Assembly (NCBI GenBank): GCA_963575745.1 | Contig: CAUYUJ010000165.1 | Location: 1 to 64,000, forward strand | Direction: 5' to 3' | Origin: Prorocentrum cordatum | Lineage: Eukaryota | DNA length: 64,000 bases | Position numbers and translations under genes: made by a program | Shown here: piece by piece, positions 61,689-64,000 of the stretch | How the letters are laid out: each line of letters opens with the position of its first letter | How positions within the stretch are numbered: position 1 is the stretch's first letter | Notes under the pieces: generated by a model | The model's database searches: none | Seen by the model: the letters and a program-made list of their open reading frames with translations, nothing else | Told to the model about the DNA's origin: nothing

Positions 61689-61942
61689 CTCGGCGGACGC
61701 GCCGGGGCGTGGCCGCCGGCCGCTTCCGCCGACGGCGCCGACGCCGCCGTCGGCCTCGCCGCCGTCGTCGGCGTCGCTGTCGGCGTGGACGCCGCTGTCG
61801 TCGGCGTCACTGCCGTCGTCGTCGCCGTCGCCCCGAAGTCCGGGCGCGGGGCGAGGATTGGTTGGAGCCGGCGCGCGCGGGCGGCGGAGGGGCAGGAGTG
61901 ACAGAGGTCGCGCGCGTCCCGTCCCTACCTCTCTCTTTTGTT

Positions 61943-62735
61943 CCCAACCATCCTATGGTATTGGGTCCTCGTTTTTTGAAACGACAGCGCCCCTGGTTCC
62001 TTCCTCCCTTCCCTTTCCCCCTCCGCACCACTCCTCCCCGCCCTTGCCTCTTCCCTCCGCATGTATCTGTTTCGACACACCCCTCACACGCTTCGTGGCC
62101 CCATCGGGAGTTTCACCGAAAACCCACATGCCAGCGTTCGCACGCGCCCACCGCACCCATTTTGGTACACCCCTCACACGTGTCGTGGCCCCACGGGGGG
62201 CTCCACCGACAGCCCCATCGGCTGCGTTCGCATGCGCCCACCGCGCAAATTTCGCCACACCCTCACACGCTTCGCGGCCCCAATAGGGAGCTCCCCCATA
62301 CGGAGCTCCACCGAAGGTCCACATGCTAGCGGTCGCATGCGCCCACCGCGCCCATTTGGCACACCCTCCCACGCTCCGCGGCCCCATGGGGAGCTCCACC
62401 GACGGCCATATTGGCTGCGTTCGCATGCGCCCACCGCGCCGATTTTGGCACATCCCGCGCACGCTGCGTGGCTCCATAGGGACCCCCACCGACGGAGCTC
62501 CACCTATTTGGCAACCCCGCAAACGCTTCGAAACCCAATAAGGCACTCCACCAGCGGCCCCAGTGGCTGCGTTCGCCTGCGCCCACCGCGCCCATTGTGG
62601 CACGCCCCATCGAACGTCTCGCGGCCCCATGAGCAGATCCACCGATGGCCCCAATGGCTGCGTTCGCACGCGGCCACAGCACCCATTTTGGCACACCCAT
62701 CACACGCTTCGTCGCCCCACAGGGAGTTCCTCCGA
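61943..62735. repeat. Diverged copy of the same satellite element (~90-bp units)
   Basis: Same leader (cccaaccatcctatggtattgggtcctcgttttttgaa) and a related unit. Confidence 0.8.
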
Positions 62736-62807
62736 ATGCGGCGCACACAGCGACGGCACTCACAACTCCATCTGGTCGGGTCCTTCGCCCATATATTTGT
62801 TTGTGTT

Positions 62808-62879
<72 letters not shown>

Positions 62880-62959
62880 AATATATATATATATATATAT
62901 ATATATATCTGTATATATACACAGGTCTCTCTCTCTCTCTCGATCTCCCGTTTTGTGTT

Positions 62960-62997
<38 letters not shown>

Positions 62998-63075
62998 TGT
63001 ATGTATATATGTATATATGTATATATATATATATAGGTATGTATATAGAGAGAGATGCATGTGGATCTCTCTCTC

Positions 63076-63106
<31 letters not shown>

Positions 63107-63533
63107 TTGTAAACAAATGTCTATAGAATTAGTCTCGGCCCGATAGCCCCCAAGGCCCAGGGCGCAGCCAGGGCGCGACGCCCCCGAGATCTCATAGACA
63201 GCACCGCGAGGGACGGACCTGCGGCCGTCGACCGGGAGCGATCCGACCCACACCCTTTCCGGGAAGACGCAAGAGCTCGGGCACGGGGGACTCCGGTGAA
63301 CCTGACGGGGCCATCATGTTACTCACTGCATGGAGCTCCCCATAGGTGCATCTCATGTTTTATGCCATGCCATAGCGAGCGTCAGTTCATGAGCGCTTGA
63401 CTACTTTAGCGCGTCCACGTGGGCGACAGGGCCGACGAAGACGAGCCAATCCTAATGCGAATGAATGAGTATGAGTCAGAGTGAGCTTTGAGTATGATTG
63501 AACACGAGCCTCCCATTCACTCCCACTCCTCAG

Positions 63534-64000
63534 CAAACTGGCCGCGAACGGGCCCGTGAAAACACCCCGGCCAGTGTCCTACCCCCTGGCGGCTCCCCTT
63601 AGGGGTGCTGAAACCAGCGCGCCGCCTGAGACATCCTCACAAACTGGTCTAAACGCAAACAATTCTGCCCACCAGAACAGCCAAACCGCCTGAGATATCC
63701 CCACAAACTGGCCGCGAACAGGCCCGTGAAAACACCCCTGGCGGCTCCCCTTCGGGGTGCTGAAACCAGCGCCCCGCCTGAGACATCCTCACAAACTGGT
63801 CTAAACGCAAACAATTCTGCCCACCAGAACAGCCAAACCGCTTGAGATATCCCCACAAACTGGCCGCGAACGGGCCCTGAAACACCCTTTGGCGGCTGCC
63901 CCTTAGGGGTGCTTGAAACCAGCGCCTCGCCTGAGACATCCTCACAAACTGGTCAAAAGCAAACACTTCTGCCCACCAGAAACAAGCAGCCAAACCGCCT
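63534..64000. repeat. ~152-bp tandem repeat running off the window
   Basis: caaactggccgcgaac recurs at 63535, 63704 and 63856. Confidence 0.85.

Overview
Eukaryotic, very GC-rich, microsatellite-laden genomic DNA ((GGA)n, (CAT)n, (AAT)n, (GAC)n). An exact 22-nt dinoflagellate spliced leader and AG|G acceptor / GC-GT donor exons point to a dinoflagellate; a Prorocentrum-like genome is my inference. Almost all ORFs in the six-frame track are artefacts of triplet repeats. Real content: (1) a host gene on the minus strand whose short exons (61688-61622, 50774-50702, 32124-32044, 13492-~13340, 4149-4081, and probably 3693-3578, 3417-3370, 2484-2426) join in frame across introns of up to ~18.6 kb; (2) a full-length ~6.6-kb two-ORF LINE (ORF1 RanBP2-type Zn finger + coiled coil; ORF2 APE-RT-CCHC-RNase H) inserted in a GGA tract, whose 5' end is a perfect spliced leader followed by a relict leader; (3) a ~3.6-kb RTE-type LINE with a 77-bp target-site duplication and a (GTTCC)n tail; (4) an RNase H LINE remnant; (5) many non-autonomous elements, including a dimeric hairpin retroposon with 4- to 125-bp TSDs, a MITE that carries GGA microsatellite, other MITEs and satellites. 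The best candidate for an undescribed system is the spliced-leader-capped, apparently promoterless LINE that could renew its 5' end by trans-splicing.
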